Positions 14,219 to 26,662 of a stretch of DNA of 64,000 nt are shown piece by piece. A program made the position numbers and the translations under genes. The notes below the pieces were generated by a model. The model was not told where the DNA came from. It searched no databases and saw only the letters and a list, made by a program, of their open reading frames with translations. This DNA comes from Kondoa subrosea (taxonomy: Eukaryota). The stretch is from assembly GCA_039545335.1 (NCBI GenBank), contig BCIN01000007.1:930001-994000 (forward strand), written 5' to 3'. How positions within the stretch are numbered: the stretch's first letter is position 1; every line of letters begins with the position of its first letter.

Positions 14219-15690
14219 ATGGCACCTAAACGAGCAATGCGTCTAAGGGCGAGCAACATTCCGCGACTACCTATAGAACTCTTAGCCAACATAGCCAAAT
14301 TTGAGAAAGTGCTCTGTCAGAAGATGATGTACCTCTCATCCCAGCTTCACGCAATCTTGCAATCCGAAATTTACAGAGAAATCGAACTCAAGTCTGCTAT
14401 AACAGCAGTATGCTTGACATCGACTTTATACGATAGACCTGGGTTGGCTTCTAAAGTGAAACAATTGAGCTTGACTGCGGATTGGAAGGAACTGCCTACT
14501 AAGGCTCAATCGTATTCATTGGAATTGTCTGCGTTAGTGACAGGTCAGTGACGGCATGGTGCTCCAAGCTCTACGCGAGCTGAGTATTGAAATTCATCTG
14601 ACAGTAATCAAGCTCTGTACATCATGCACTACTTTCATCATGTCTATACCGTGGCTGCGCTTACTTGGAACATCAAATTACAATCATCGCAATCATGCAG
14701 CAGGATTTGGGCAGTTTGGAATGGCATTAGGGCATTTAAGGAAGTTGAAGAACTTTGAATTGACTAGGGCGATAGAGAAAGGTGCTGAAGAGAACACGGT
14801 CAGCTTGGATGTGTTATGTTCGTCGAGGCTTTGCTATCAGCTGGTTCCCAGCTTATTGTGAAGCGTTGCCAACAGATGTTCTGCTGGAACGATCATTTCC
14901 TGAACTCGAATACCTCAAGTTTTCAGCTAAACGCTTTCATCCTCTATCTTTCAACCCGGACCGGATATTACAATTGAAGAAGTTCAAGTTCAGCCAAAAG
15001 TTCCCGCATGAGGTCAGTTCCAGGCTTCTTCTTAGTACGCTCGTCGTGCTTACGATGCTTCATGGAACGACAGGGCGAGATACTGGAAATGTTTGGTCGA
15101 ATGTTGACCTGTTCCTCTTTCGAATTCTCCATTAGCGCAACTCCAGCTAATTTCAACTATGCAAGAATAGCCAAAGCTTTCGGTCGTCAAGATATGGAAT
15201 CTCTTTCTATCCGATCTACTTCAGATCAACCTCTTACTGCATGGTTAAGACCTGCATCAGAAACTATGCCTGCTGTAGTTTCTAAACTGGACTTGACTTT
15301 CAATGCCATGAAGGAGAATATTTTCGCTACTATACCTTCTTCCGTCACGAATCTTGGTTTGAGGTTGGAGCAAACTGATGAAACACTTAGTAAGTTCATT
15401 CTCGTCCTTGTACGAATTATCCCTTGCCTTACTGAATGGGAATAGTGTTCTATGAATTGATGACTTACCTAAGGCAGAAAGATTGGTTACCGAATCTTGC
15501 CGTCTTACGAATCACAGCAAGAGGTTTCGTTCCAGCTACTATTATGGCTATGCCGCCTGAGCAAAAGAAGCTTTTCGGTTCAGCTATGCAAGGTTGTGGA
15601 TCAGCTGCAGTAGCAAGAAGCTTGTCGTTTCAGCTATATATTAATCAAGATGGCACCAGGCCAACACCGGAGACTGGAGGTGCATCTTAG
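14219..15690 (+). CDS. F-box-like / RNI-like lineage-specific protein (spliced)
   Basis: N-terminal LPIELLANIAKF...IYREIEL and TLYDRPGLASKVKQLSL, followed by leucine-rich repeat-like segments across several exons. Confidence 0.55.
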
Positions 15691-15926
15691 CGGAGGAGCA
15701 AGGGTGTAAATGTATGCTAGGAAGTCGCTTGGTGTGATTGATATTTATTGTTATCGGTCGACAACGCATATGTATATGGTAATACTCGATGCTACTAGAT
15801 AAAAAGACCCAAAAGCCCGCTCAGAGGATATCAAAGTTGAGAATGTCCGTATAGGTGTATAGGTGTATGTTTTGAGGTTATACATAGAATGTCCGCTGCT
15901 GTCAATCTTCTTCCCGCCATATCAGA

Positions 15927-17769
15927 TCAGAAATCGTTTTCAAGTATGCTCGAAATGGTTGCGTTGTCGTTTCTACGCATCAAACCTCCCACTAGAATGA
16001 CAATGAGAATCTTGCAGCAAGAGTCTGACAAACACTTACTTTGTGCATAGGTCTGCTCGGTGTACTTAGTCGGCTGGAATGTCATCTTCCCAGTCTGATA
16101 ATTATAAGAAGTAAGGAATCGCTCCAGGCTGTAAGACATCGTAACACAATCAGCACTCTCAACGGACTCATTCTGTCCAAAGCTTACACCTTAGCTCCGA
16201 TCATAACATCAACATCATCTCCCAGATCGTTCATCGAATCGCTGATAATACCATAGCGATAACCTTTCTTTCCCCCGAGCGCAACGGAATCGCTTTCAGG
16301 CTGGGGAAACCGTATGAGCAAGGACAATTACCACTGTTCCAGAGCTGAACTTACGAAGAACTGAGCGCTGTAAACGGACCAGCGCACCTCAGCAAAGATC
16401 ATGCAAAGTGCGGGAATGACCTACTCTCCAATGATGGGTAACTTGTTCTTTCCCATACGTAGGTAAAAGGTAGGAATCTTTGGAACATCTTTTGAGCGAA
16501 TTTGGAGCATGCCCAAATCTTCATTGTACGAAACACCCAGAGATTGGACAATCCCAACGTAGCGATTGTAGAGTTCAGTTGCCATCATCATTAAAGTAGT
16601 GCCTGTTCTTTCCGCAGTCAGAATCTGTTGAGAGTCAAGACCAAATGACTGACCAGTATCTGTAATAGCTGAACCAGAACCAAGAACTTTGTTTCCATAA
16701 AGCAGAGAAACATCCTTTGAGCATGAAAATGAGCGACAATTGTTACTGAAGAAGTTTTTGGACACACAAGACCCCAATAGCGACTGACACGCTTGTTCTT
16801 GCTCTTACTAACGGTGAACTTTTGACCAACACCGTGAGTAGTGTCGGCCTGACCGATGGTAATGACACCGTTTTGAGCAGTAACGAGTGAAGTTGGCTGA
16901 AAATAGACGGAAAAGATCGGCGCGCTGATTGCTTTTTGAGCGAAGAGGGTTTCGACAAAGGATGGAACTGTGAGGTTGAATCTAAGTCAGCGAGCGATAT
17001 ACCACAAAAATCAGACAATTACACCCACTTTGCTTTTTGGGATCGCTGTCGCTGTTCCCCTGCGACAGAGCTTTGGGACCCATGGCCATAATACCGCCAG
17101 TATCAGAGAAGCCTGATGACTCATTGATCTAAGTCATTTTTACGCGACCTAAGGCATACCTTCAGACTCTGTTGCCATACTGATGCTATACTGCTTAGCT
17201 GTCAAACCAGCTATTCGCACAGCATCTGTATACTCGCTTCCGGAAAAGTAGCCAAGTCCTGTATGAAGCTCTGAGAAATCGAACCAGCGGTATATGACTA
17301 CTACACTTACCATACTGTGCTTCAATCTTATCGCCAGTCCTTTTCGAGGTCGTCTTGGACACCTTGTATCCTTTTCTGATCCAGCTGTTGCCGGAACCAG
17401 TGTCGATTAGAAGAGAGTACTTCTTGGGAGGAGCGCCGACGAAGACAGGAGCTGTATAATAAAACATTGTGTTTTCGATCTGCTCCGATTGGACTGCTGC
17501 GCTCTTGAAGCGGTGAGCAGAAGGTTTCTTTCCTTTAGCTTTGTTGAACCTTGCACGGTCCCGATTCAGAATAGCCTTAGAAAGTCCTGGACCTCCATGG
17601 TTGGCGAGTCTATCGCACAATTGATGAGCACATTCCGACCTATACATGCGAGTGAAACGAACAGAGCAGGAGCAGATATAAGAATAGAATGCGAGGCTTC
17701 CGCAATTACAGAGATAGAGGATATAGACAAAAGATAGAGAAGGGAGATCAAAGAGCGTAGGGCAGCCAT
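15927..17769 (-). CDS. Secreted aspartic peptidase, pepsin family A1
   Basis: Signal peptide, LLIDTGSGNSW, a second catalytic DTG|TTL split by an intron, and C-terminal LERFLTSYN. Confidence 0.88.
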
Positions 17770-18183
17770 CGTTCCAGCCGTGGCTATGTTGAGGAGGTGA
17801 AGAAAGCTGAATGGTCGTTAGCAACGCGCATTATTGGGCTGAATTGACCTTCACTAGTAGAAGGAAAGAAAGAAAGGACCAAACGCAACAGAAATCCAAA
17901 ATCGTGGAGAATCATAACAATGAACGGCGACTGCAACAACAGGCGGGATCTGTCAGACAGGAGATGTGTGACCATTGATGCAAGCAGAGGGCCGAGTGAA
18001 GAGGCACATCCACAGAGGTTGCTATGGATAATATGTCAAGAAGATCGTCTCGGGAACCCTTTCTTCTCCATTACGGAATCCGCGCTCTATCTTACTTACA
18101 GAGTCTGTACTTGCCTCATTCTCTCTCTGCGGCTTCACGTCTTTCTCTCTTTATTCCTGTTTCCTTCGCGGTAAATCGAAACT

Positions 18184-20332
18184 ATGGATTCGCCTAGCAG
18201 CGCTAGTTCCTCTCTTCGTTCTTTGGCAAAGAGCTTTATCGAATGGGATGTTGACGATGTCGCTGAACTCTTTGAAGATATCTTGGGCGTGGATCGATAC
18301 AGTCCAGTTCTTCGAAGCTCAAACGTAGATGGAGCAGCTCTGGCTTGGTGTAATGATCACGATACCCTTCGTGACATGGGCATCTCGTCAGTAGGGCATA
18401 GACTGAGCGTCTTGAAAGCTATTTATGAGCTGAAAATACGAGATGGGCTTTTGCTGGCCGATCATGACTATTGTCCTCCTTGTAAGCTCTTATCTTTGTT
18501 GGTCAAGATTGACACTGATGCGAAAATCGTCTCAGATTCCAAGATTGAAGAACCTCTTTCGCAGCATAGCTCTTCATCGAATCTTGGCCAACGTACGTCT
18601 TGAAGATGTTAACATCCAATCTAATACTCACCGCTATGACAGCGCAACGGGTTTCCAGATTGGAGGAAGAGCTCGATCACGTGAGTCTCTATCTGTCTTG
18701 TGATGCATGATGCATCACTAAAGCAAACCAACAGACTAGATCTGAGCTACATGATTTACGAAATTTAGTTAAGGATTTGGCACGCAAGACGATGAATCTT
18801 GAGGTATGCCCGCTACGTACACAAGTCACTTCGCTCACAATTGAATAGGACAAGCTGCCTGGTCAACCTATTCTATCTCTTCGGTCACGACATGGAAACA
18901 AACCCAGTCTTTCTGTCGATACTACCGGAAGATCTAGTACCAGAGATATAGGCAGCACAACACCCACGCCGACAAACATTTCTATGCCAACTCTACCTCC
19001 CATCCAAGAATACTCTCGGGAACTCACTTTACCTTTGAGCAAGACCTCAGCTTCTCGCTTACAACGTCGAAGAGAAGATTCCTCTCCAGAGGTCTATGTC
19101 TCAGATGCTTCTTCACCCGAGGGTCTTACCCCTCGATCAGCCAATAATACAAATCGTCAAGCGCAATTATCAGCTGCCAGTCCTTTGGCCACTGACGAAA
19201 TCAACGGTGTTCACATAGCTTCTACGCCTCTTTTATCAGCTTCTTTCTCTTCCAGTCTACCCAATTCCGCTTCTGCTGATTTCTCACCTAAAAGTCGACC
19301 TACCTTGAATCGTTCCGCAAGTAGTACGAATGGTACACCTAAGAAATCAGGCACTCACGATACCTGCTTGCAAGTTCTACCTGCTGCTGTAAAGAAATAT
19401 TCATTGAAGAAACACTGGACTTCTTACGCTATGGTTGTCGCTTGGGATAATCAGAAGAGAGTTTTGAGCTATGATGAAAGACCTAGGATGGTCATTCATG
19501 AGTTGCGGCAGCTGGGAGAGTCGCCTTCTTGTTTAGTACAGCATGAGAGTGAGCTCAAGAGGTATGTTGCCTATTGTCTCGAGTCCGTGGATGTGGCTCA
19601 ATTCTGGTCAAAGTCCTTTGGTCAGCGCTGCCTCTCGTCGCGCTAAATTGTTCCGTCAATTCGTTGATGAAGGATCAAACAAAGTGGATACCGTGAGACC
19701 TCAAAAGTTGCCAGTGTTGATCAAGCACGGTAAATCAATACCAGAAGAAGCTAGAGACCGATTGCCTAAAACAGCAAACTATGCCTTCTCGATTACTACT
19801 TTCGCTGCTGAAGATTCAGACGATATAGATGCGGAATTTGCAGATTGTTTCGCGATCTTAGAACGCGTATGCCTAACTTTCCACGTTTATGAACCTAGTC
19901 TAAAAGGGGTATTACAGGATGCTAGCAAGCTTGTGGTCCAGAAAGGCAATGGACAATCTGGTACTGTACCGATTGGAGTGCTCCTCGAATCGTTTTCCGC
20001 CAATCCAATCCGAATCGGTAGTCGAGGTGCAACACTCAACGCTTCGGTTCTGTCAAGTCAATACGAAACATCCTGGGCTCTGGTGGACAGATCAACAGGT
20101 CAACAAGGAGAACTGGAGTTGACTAAAGGCGATAAGCTGCGCCTGTATGCTCGATGTGCTAATTGGTGTTTCGTGGCGAAAGAGAAGTCTTTAGAATGTG
20201 GAGTGCGTACTGTATCCATGATACTGTTACACTTGCTGATCTCCATGTCAGTGGGCACCTTGCTGGATCCTGACTGCCTCAAGTCAATCTCCGGAGAAGG
20301 TGGATTTGTCAAGCCCAAACAAGCGAGGATGA
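18184..20332 (+). CDS. STE50: Ste50/Ubc2-type MAPK adaptor (SAM, RA and two SH3-like domains), divergent
   Basis: SAM (WDVDDV...DGAAL...LRDMGISSVGHRLSVLKAI), RA (DTCLQVLPAAVKKY...RVLSYDERP) and SH3 (ELELTKGDKLRLY...G|WAPCW). Confidence 0.8.
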
Positions 20333-20699
20333 GAATCTCAACACAGATTCGAGATACTTGTGACGATGATTGTACAATATGAGTTGAAGTTTGTGGAAAC
20401 GTATACAAATCTGAGTACATCTCATGCCATATCATGCGACGTGAGATCATTGCAAGAGGTATGGACATTAGCATCTGATCGGCCCGCCAGAGGTCCCAGC
20501 TGCCCATGTGTTCACTGGACCCAGGTGTCATACATCCTTGAAGTCGGGTCATTGATACTTTGGATCAAGCGAGACAATCGGCGAGACAGTACCAGGACAT
20601 AACCTAATCTTCGCATCGTCGTCGCTACAGCAACAAGGTAATAGGGAGCTCGACAGAGTAGAACATGATTTAATGCAAAGATGGCAAACTTGCGGACCC

Positions 20700-23590
20700 T
20701 TACTGCTCCTCTTGAGTAGCAGCCAGTTCGGATGCTGCATCATTAACCCTCAAATCATAATGATCCCTTTCGAGCTGAGCCAATTCCCACCAGACAGTAG
20801 CTTCAGGATGACAAAGAGCGGGATCGTTCATCTCTCCTTTATAAACACCTTCAGCTGCTTTATCTTCCGTAACCAGCATACTTTGGAGTGTAGGTTCTTT
20901 AACCATCATTTTCCTGACCAGATCGACAGCTTTCAGACTGGAAGTAGGTGGCCATTGTAAAGCGCAAGTGAGGATTCGCTTAGAGAAGGCCAAGACTCGC
21001 GAAGGTGGATTAGGTGTTCGAGAAGTAATGAAAACAGTATTGAGTGTCCGGAATAGAAGTTCTGACTCGCTCGCCAGTGCTTTGAATTTCTTGGTTTTCG
21101 GCTTCGCTCCACCTTCTGCTTCGTCTTCGACGATATCTGCTTTGTGAGGTTGTTCTTCAAACGATGGTGATAGTGAAAGTGGGATAAGCATAGTGTATAG
21201 AGCGATCATGAAGTCGGCCAGATCGATATTGAGAGCTTCGCCTTGACCGGAAAGAAGATCGAAAGCTGTCGATATGCATAAAAGTTGCTCGCGTCTGCTG
21301 ATCTGAATCTGATTCTCCTCTTCTTGACCTTTCATTAGCCTTCTTAGGTTATCAAGCACATCTTTGAAGAAGTCAACATTGATTAGGTGAGCATATCGAG
21401 CTAGACCTTCGAGAGCAGGAGCGAGCAAATCAGTGTTTTGGTTGAGCTTAATGACTCTGAAGTAAAGAGCAAAGATAATCTTGAGTGTTTCAGTTTGCTA
21501 TATCTCAGTTATGAGCACGTGTTTTACTGGCATTGGAACAAAGCCAGAAACTCACATCATGATGTCTGGCCTCTTTCGAGACCTCCATTTCAGCTTCTGC
21601 ATACTCCTTTTCGACTTCTTTCCTATCCTTCATAGCTTTCCTGACCTTTTTACTGATATGTGCAGGATTCGCTTGTCCTTTCTTAGGATCTTTCTTGCCA
21701 AAGTTCTTTTTCCTTTCAGGTTTATCTATTCTCTCACCGCTTGCTCTAACTCCACCAAGGGTATCTTTGAGTCGAAGATGCAGGAAGCAGGAAAGTAAAG
21801 AAGGATGAACTCGAAAAGAACGGGATTTGATTGTTTTGCTAAGTTGGCGAGCTAGGTGAAGAGCATCCGAACCGTCGTGGTCGGTCTCGAAGACTTCTAT
21901 AATAGCATCGAGACATGTTACGGATGTCTGCGTAAGATGTTAGCTCAAACTGACCAGTTGCAACGAAACATTACTCACCTCATCCCAATCTGGCCTGCCA
22001 ACATGCTTGCAAACAATGTCCATAATATCAGTCGCAAAGTTGAATTGACTCTTCTGCGAAAGGAGTTCGCAGAGACACTTCAGAGCAACAGGTATAAGAG
22101 TCGATTTGCCTACATCAACCAATTAGTTCGCGCAACTCCAGAGCCAAAACATCAGACTCACTATCGACCTCTCGACCGCAGATATCAATGTATCGCTTAT
22201 ACGTCGCAACAAGTCCATCTTCCCAATCTCTTTGCCTTGCAACTACTTGAGAAACTCGGACTTCCTTTTCGGCTGCTGTAAGTTCACGAATTCGATATGT
22301 TCTATCCATACAGTATCTAAGCTCTCGCGCGACGCAAGAATAAACGAGAAACTCACGGGACAATATCCAAGAAAACGGCCAACAAGCTCAACATAGCCAA
22401 AGCTCTGATACTAACATCCACCAATATACCTTTATCCTCTTCTTTGTTTTTGCCCTTCTTGTTCCTCCCAGCAGCTGCCGCATCCGAGAATCGATACAAA
22501 CAAAACGCGCTCAACCTTTTGAGTAAATTCAATCCATTTTCAGGATCAGCCATGATATCTCTACTCAAAGCAGCTATTTCATGTCTCGAGGCATTGAGTC
22601 TATCTGATTTGGAAGGAAGTTCAAGAATGGAACGGATGCCCATTCGACCAAATCTAGGCCCTAACGGGTTGGACTTGGGCGCAGGTTCGACAGGATGGCA
22701 GAGTTGATCGTCTTCCTCTGAAGAAGGAATAGAAGGAGCTTCAAATCGGACTCGAGATGTAGCTTCTGTATCTTCATCTTGTCCAGTAGCCCAAGTTCCG
22801 TCCGCTTGTTTGAAAGGTAGTTTTGAAGGTAATTTAGTAGAATCTGGTGAAAGAGAACGAGAAGAACGACGCCGTTTGCTTTTCCTGCCCTCGTAAGCTA
22901 ATTCCATATCTTCGTTATCAGATTTGATTCCACCCCAATCGCCTTGTTGTTCTTCATCATCATCATCAGAAAAGATATCCGAATCATCATCATCAAACTG
23001 AGAATCCGATCCCAGAGAATCTTCTGAGCCATAGTTGAGGGAATCCTGACTCAAGCCAGACATGACACTTAATCCATCATCGTCGGAATCATCATCTGAG
23101 CCCATTAAAGCGAAATCATCTTCTTCCAAATCTTTAATGAGTACGCCTTCTGGATCATGAGCTTCTTGCTGAGAAGGTCCAGCTTGGTGAGGTATAGATT
23201 TATGCATAAGTGAAGTTTTCGAAGGAACAGTAGCTTCTTTAGGTTTGGATTTCCTATGCTCTTTCTTCAAAATCTTACGAGATCTATTCGCCGTGAAATC
23301 AGTCATCGAATACAATGACCTTTATAGATTGAGAGAACTCACTTTGTAATTTGCTTGACATCAAGACCAGCAGCGAATTGTGCAGCATTAGCCATATCCA
23401 CTTCTTCCTCATCAAACACAATCTCCTGGTCCTCCTCATCATTATCGCTTGCTGCAGCTAAAGGTATATGCATTGGAGGTCCTTTGAGTTTCTTGACTTC
23501 ATCTTTGCTAGAAGTCTTGCGCCGCTTGCTGCTATTGTTGGATCCCTTCTGTTGCTTACTAGGTCGCTTCGTACCACGTCCAGGTGCCAT
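20700..23590 (-). CDS. NOC3: Nucleolar complex protein 3 (CBF/Mak21 family)
   Basis: LSLLAVFLDIVP-YRIRELT, FNFATDIM, ALEGLARYAHLINVDFFKD and LLSGQGEALNIDLADF motifs, with an acidic N-terminus. Confidence 0.92.
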
Positions 23591-24757
23591 TCTTTACTCT
23601 CCCGACTGTTCGAGTGCAAGAAAGAACAATTTGAAAAATCTCGCCAAGCTTGCTCTGACACGATCGCGAAGTACTGAGATGTCCAAGACGCGTGAAATAG
23701 CTGCCTTCTACTACTGCGGGACTCTGTCCTGAAGCACAACCAAGCTTTCCTTTTGCCCTTCAGCTCGTGTATCTGCCAGTCAGATTTCATAAGGCTGTAA
23801 AGCTATACTCTCTGCCTGATATGATCGCCTTGATGCCTTGTACTGCTTTCATTCTTGCTCCTCAAAGAGTTATCTCCTGCCTGCCATGATCTGTGCTGGC
23901 GCGATTCGGCTTTCTTGATGCAGCGTATGATCTCTCATGATTCGCAATGTCCTATATGCCGCTACATCCACACATCCACGAAGCCTTGTAGAGGCAATCG
24001 TACGGTATCTGCATCCCACCTTTTCTTCCTGGTATTTGTAAAAGCTATGGTCGATCGGAGTCCGAGTTCTCTCACATTTGGCGGGCATCGACTTTTTCCG
24101 TGGTAAAGCCTATCATACATGACTATACAGCCTGTACTGTATTGTATGCTTGTGAAATCTATGTCGGCAGCGCTTCTGCAAAGTCTCAATCCACACCGCT
24201 GTAATACCGCTTGACAACACTCTAGGAATGTCTTGTATTGCTCGACCAACTTATCGTTCCCTCTTTTGGATGTCATCTACAGCCATCGTAGCTTCGTCAT
24301 GATAAAAATTTTGCACCGATGTGTCAGCGTCCCCAGACTTGTGTCCACTTGTTATGTTTTCACATCAGCAGAAAAAATCGCACACTATACAGCAGTAGCA
24401 CCGGACTTTGGTGGAGTGTAGTACTAGTATCTTTTCCTCGCATTGGACCGAGTCACGGTACTCGTCCGCTTATTCGGTTGTGAAAAACATTCGGACTTTG
24501 ATTGGATACTTGCGCTTCGCTGATGACAAGCCTATGCTGTAAGTATTGAATCGATTATCCAAATGCTCAAGGACTGCTGCTGTTACGTCTTGCAGCCTAC
24601 CCTTATGCGTATTCCCGTTCCGCCTCCCGGCACTTGAGAAATTATGACGCAAAGGGTGGGCCATTTTTAGATCTGTACCAAAACAGCGAGCGCTTCAGAA
24701 TTTTTCTTCTCTTCTCACAACGAGCTCTCTTTCCTTCGCACTTCACTCACTTCAAAC

Positions 24758-26291
24758 ATGGGCAGTGAGTGCACTGCTATTGGTACCAAAAGGATAGCCA
24801 CTGATTTCGACCAATAGACAACGCAATCGCCGTCAACCCTCCCAGGTTCGGTGTCCGACGTCACCTGGTGAATATCCAACTGACTTCTTTTGCCTTAGTT
24901 ACCCCATCGATATCACCGTACATGGTTCTGATTGGCTATGGGCGGCCTTCTCTTTCGTGCGTCTACTTTTTCGGTTTCCAAACGGGACTTGTACTGATCC
25001 TGTGGTGTTACTAGCTGATGGCCTCACTCTTGGTGTGCACTGTCTTCGCATTCAAGCAACCTATTGGCAAACGAGCCTTCCATTTCTTCGGTGGTAAGTT
25101 TATATTTTGACTTCGGTTCTGACGGAGATTGACGTAATGTTCTTCTGTAGTTGCTATTTTGGCTACCGCTTCCATTGCCTACTTCGCAATGGCTTCGAAT
25201 TTGGGAAAGACTGGTATCTTGGCTGAATTCCCTCGATCGGGATCTGGTTTCTACTCTGGACCTGCCGATGATGCCATCAGATCAATCTGGTACGCACGAT
25301 ACATTGACTGGACCATTACCGTGCGTGCTTGCATTTCCTATTGCAATCAATCCGCTAACCTGTAAATGCAGACTCCTCTTCTTCTTATGGAACTCCTCCT
25401 CACTACCGGTCTTCCTCTTTCCTACATCTTCTTCACTATCTTCGCGGATCTTGTCATGAGTGCGTATTTTGTTTCATAGCTCTAGGCTTGCGCTCATTCA
25501 ATTTCTCAGTCGAGACCGGTCTCATGGGTGCTCTTGTTGAATCAAGATACAAGTGGGGTTTCGTGAGTTCATGTCATTGTCTTACCCAGTCAGCACTAGG
25601 CTGACCATTTGCCGTCGCAGTTCACTTTCGGATGCGCTGCCATGCTTTTCGTCTTCTGGGTCCTCATTGGTCCAGCTCGTCGATGCGCTCGCCAAATCGG
25701 TGATGATGTATGCAAGGAATACACCAAGTCTGCTATCATTCTTGGTTTCCTCTGGTTCATCTACCCTATCGCTTGGGGATTGGCCGATGGAGGTAACGTT
25801 ATCAGCCCTGATGGTGAAATGGCATTCTAGTAAGTCTGGTCATTCAATCCTCAGTGATATATGCTAACTTAGTATTATAGCGGTGCTCTTGATGGTTTGC
25901 TTCTTGCTTCAAGCTTTCTCGAGCTGTTCTAACTTTCATGCCAGTTCTTGCCAAACCCATCTTCTTGGCTTACCACTTGTGGTCTTTGCGCAACATTGAC
26001 TACGAACGATTCCAAAGTATGTCTGACCCTTTCTCAGCTACATTGATTCATAGACTGATGTCCCTTTAGTGCAATCCGGTCACTTCTCATCCGGCGCTGT
26101 TGACAATAACTTTGTCAAGCACGAGAACAACTACTCTTACAAGTCCAACGGTCACGCCAATGGTCATGCTAACGGTCACGCAAACGGTGTAGCTAACGGA
26201 GCTGCCAATGGTGTCGCCAACGGTCATGGTACGTTTTCGTCATCTTTCTATTGAGCGCGATAATTGACCCGTGTCCACAGCAACTGCTTAA
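24758..26291 (+). CDS. Type-1 microbial rhodopsin, CarO/ORP-like clade, 12 predicted exons
   Basis: Spliced product MGNNAIAVNPP..DITVHGSDWLW...WYARYIDWTITTPLLLMEL...ADLVMI...LWFIYPIAWGLADGGNVISPDGEMAFYGALDVLAKPIF. It has 7 TM segments and the retinal-binding Lys. Confidence 0.92.
26144..26228 (+). repeat. Coding 12-nt tandem repeat, NG-H/V/A-A about 7 copies, in the rhodopsin C-tail
   Basis: SNGHANGHANGHANGVANGAANGVANGH read directly from the sequence. Confidence 0.85.
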
Positions 26292-26662
26292 GTTTAATCT
26301 TCAACAACATAGCCTCTTAACAGACGGATCGACGTCTTTGCACATAGTCTAGTATATGTCTCTTAATCCTCACACTTTATGCCCGTAATATTCACTTTAA
26401 ATTTGTAATTAACAATTGAATCGTCGTTTACACTGCTTCTGCCGTTCTTAGTGACTTTCTCTGCATCAGGCGACTCGTCGCGTACATTTCATATTGCCAC
26501 ATCACTTTGGGAATCGATGCATATACACCACATTGGGAAATTTGCATTGGCTAGCCCTATCACAGCTTCCGACCGCCCAATCAATACCTCGAGCGTCATC
26601 AGCCGCACCTATGCTTTTTCAAATTCCGCAATTTCCTCTTCTTTGCAAACCAAAGTTTCAAG

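Noticed and set aside
23855..24664. Short ORFs between NOC3 and the rhodopsin
   Set aside because: No coherent spliced model or motif; probably divergent promoter sequence.
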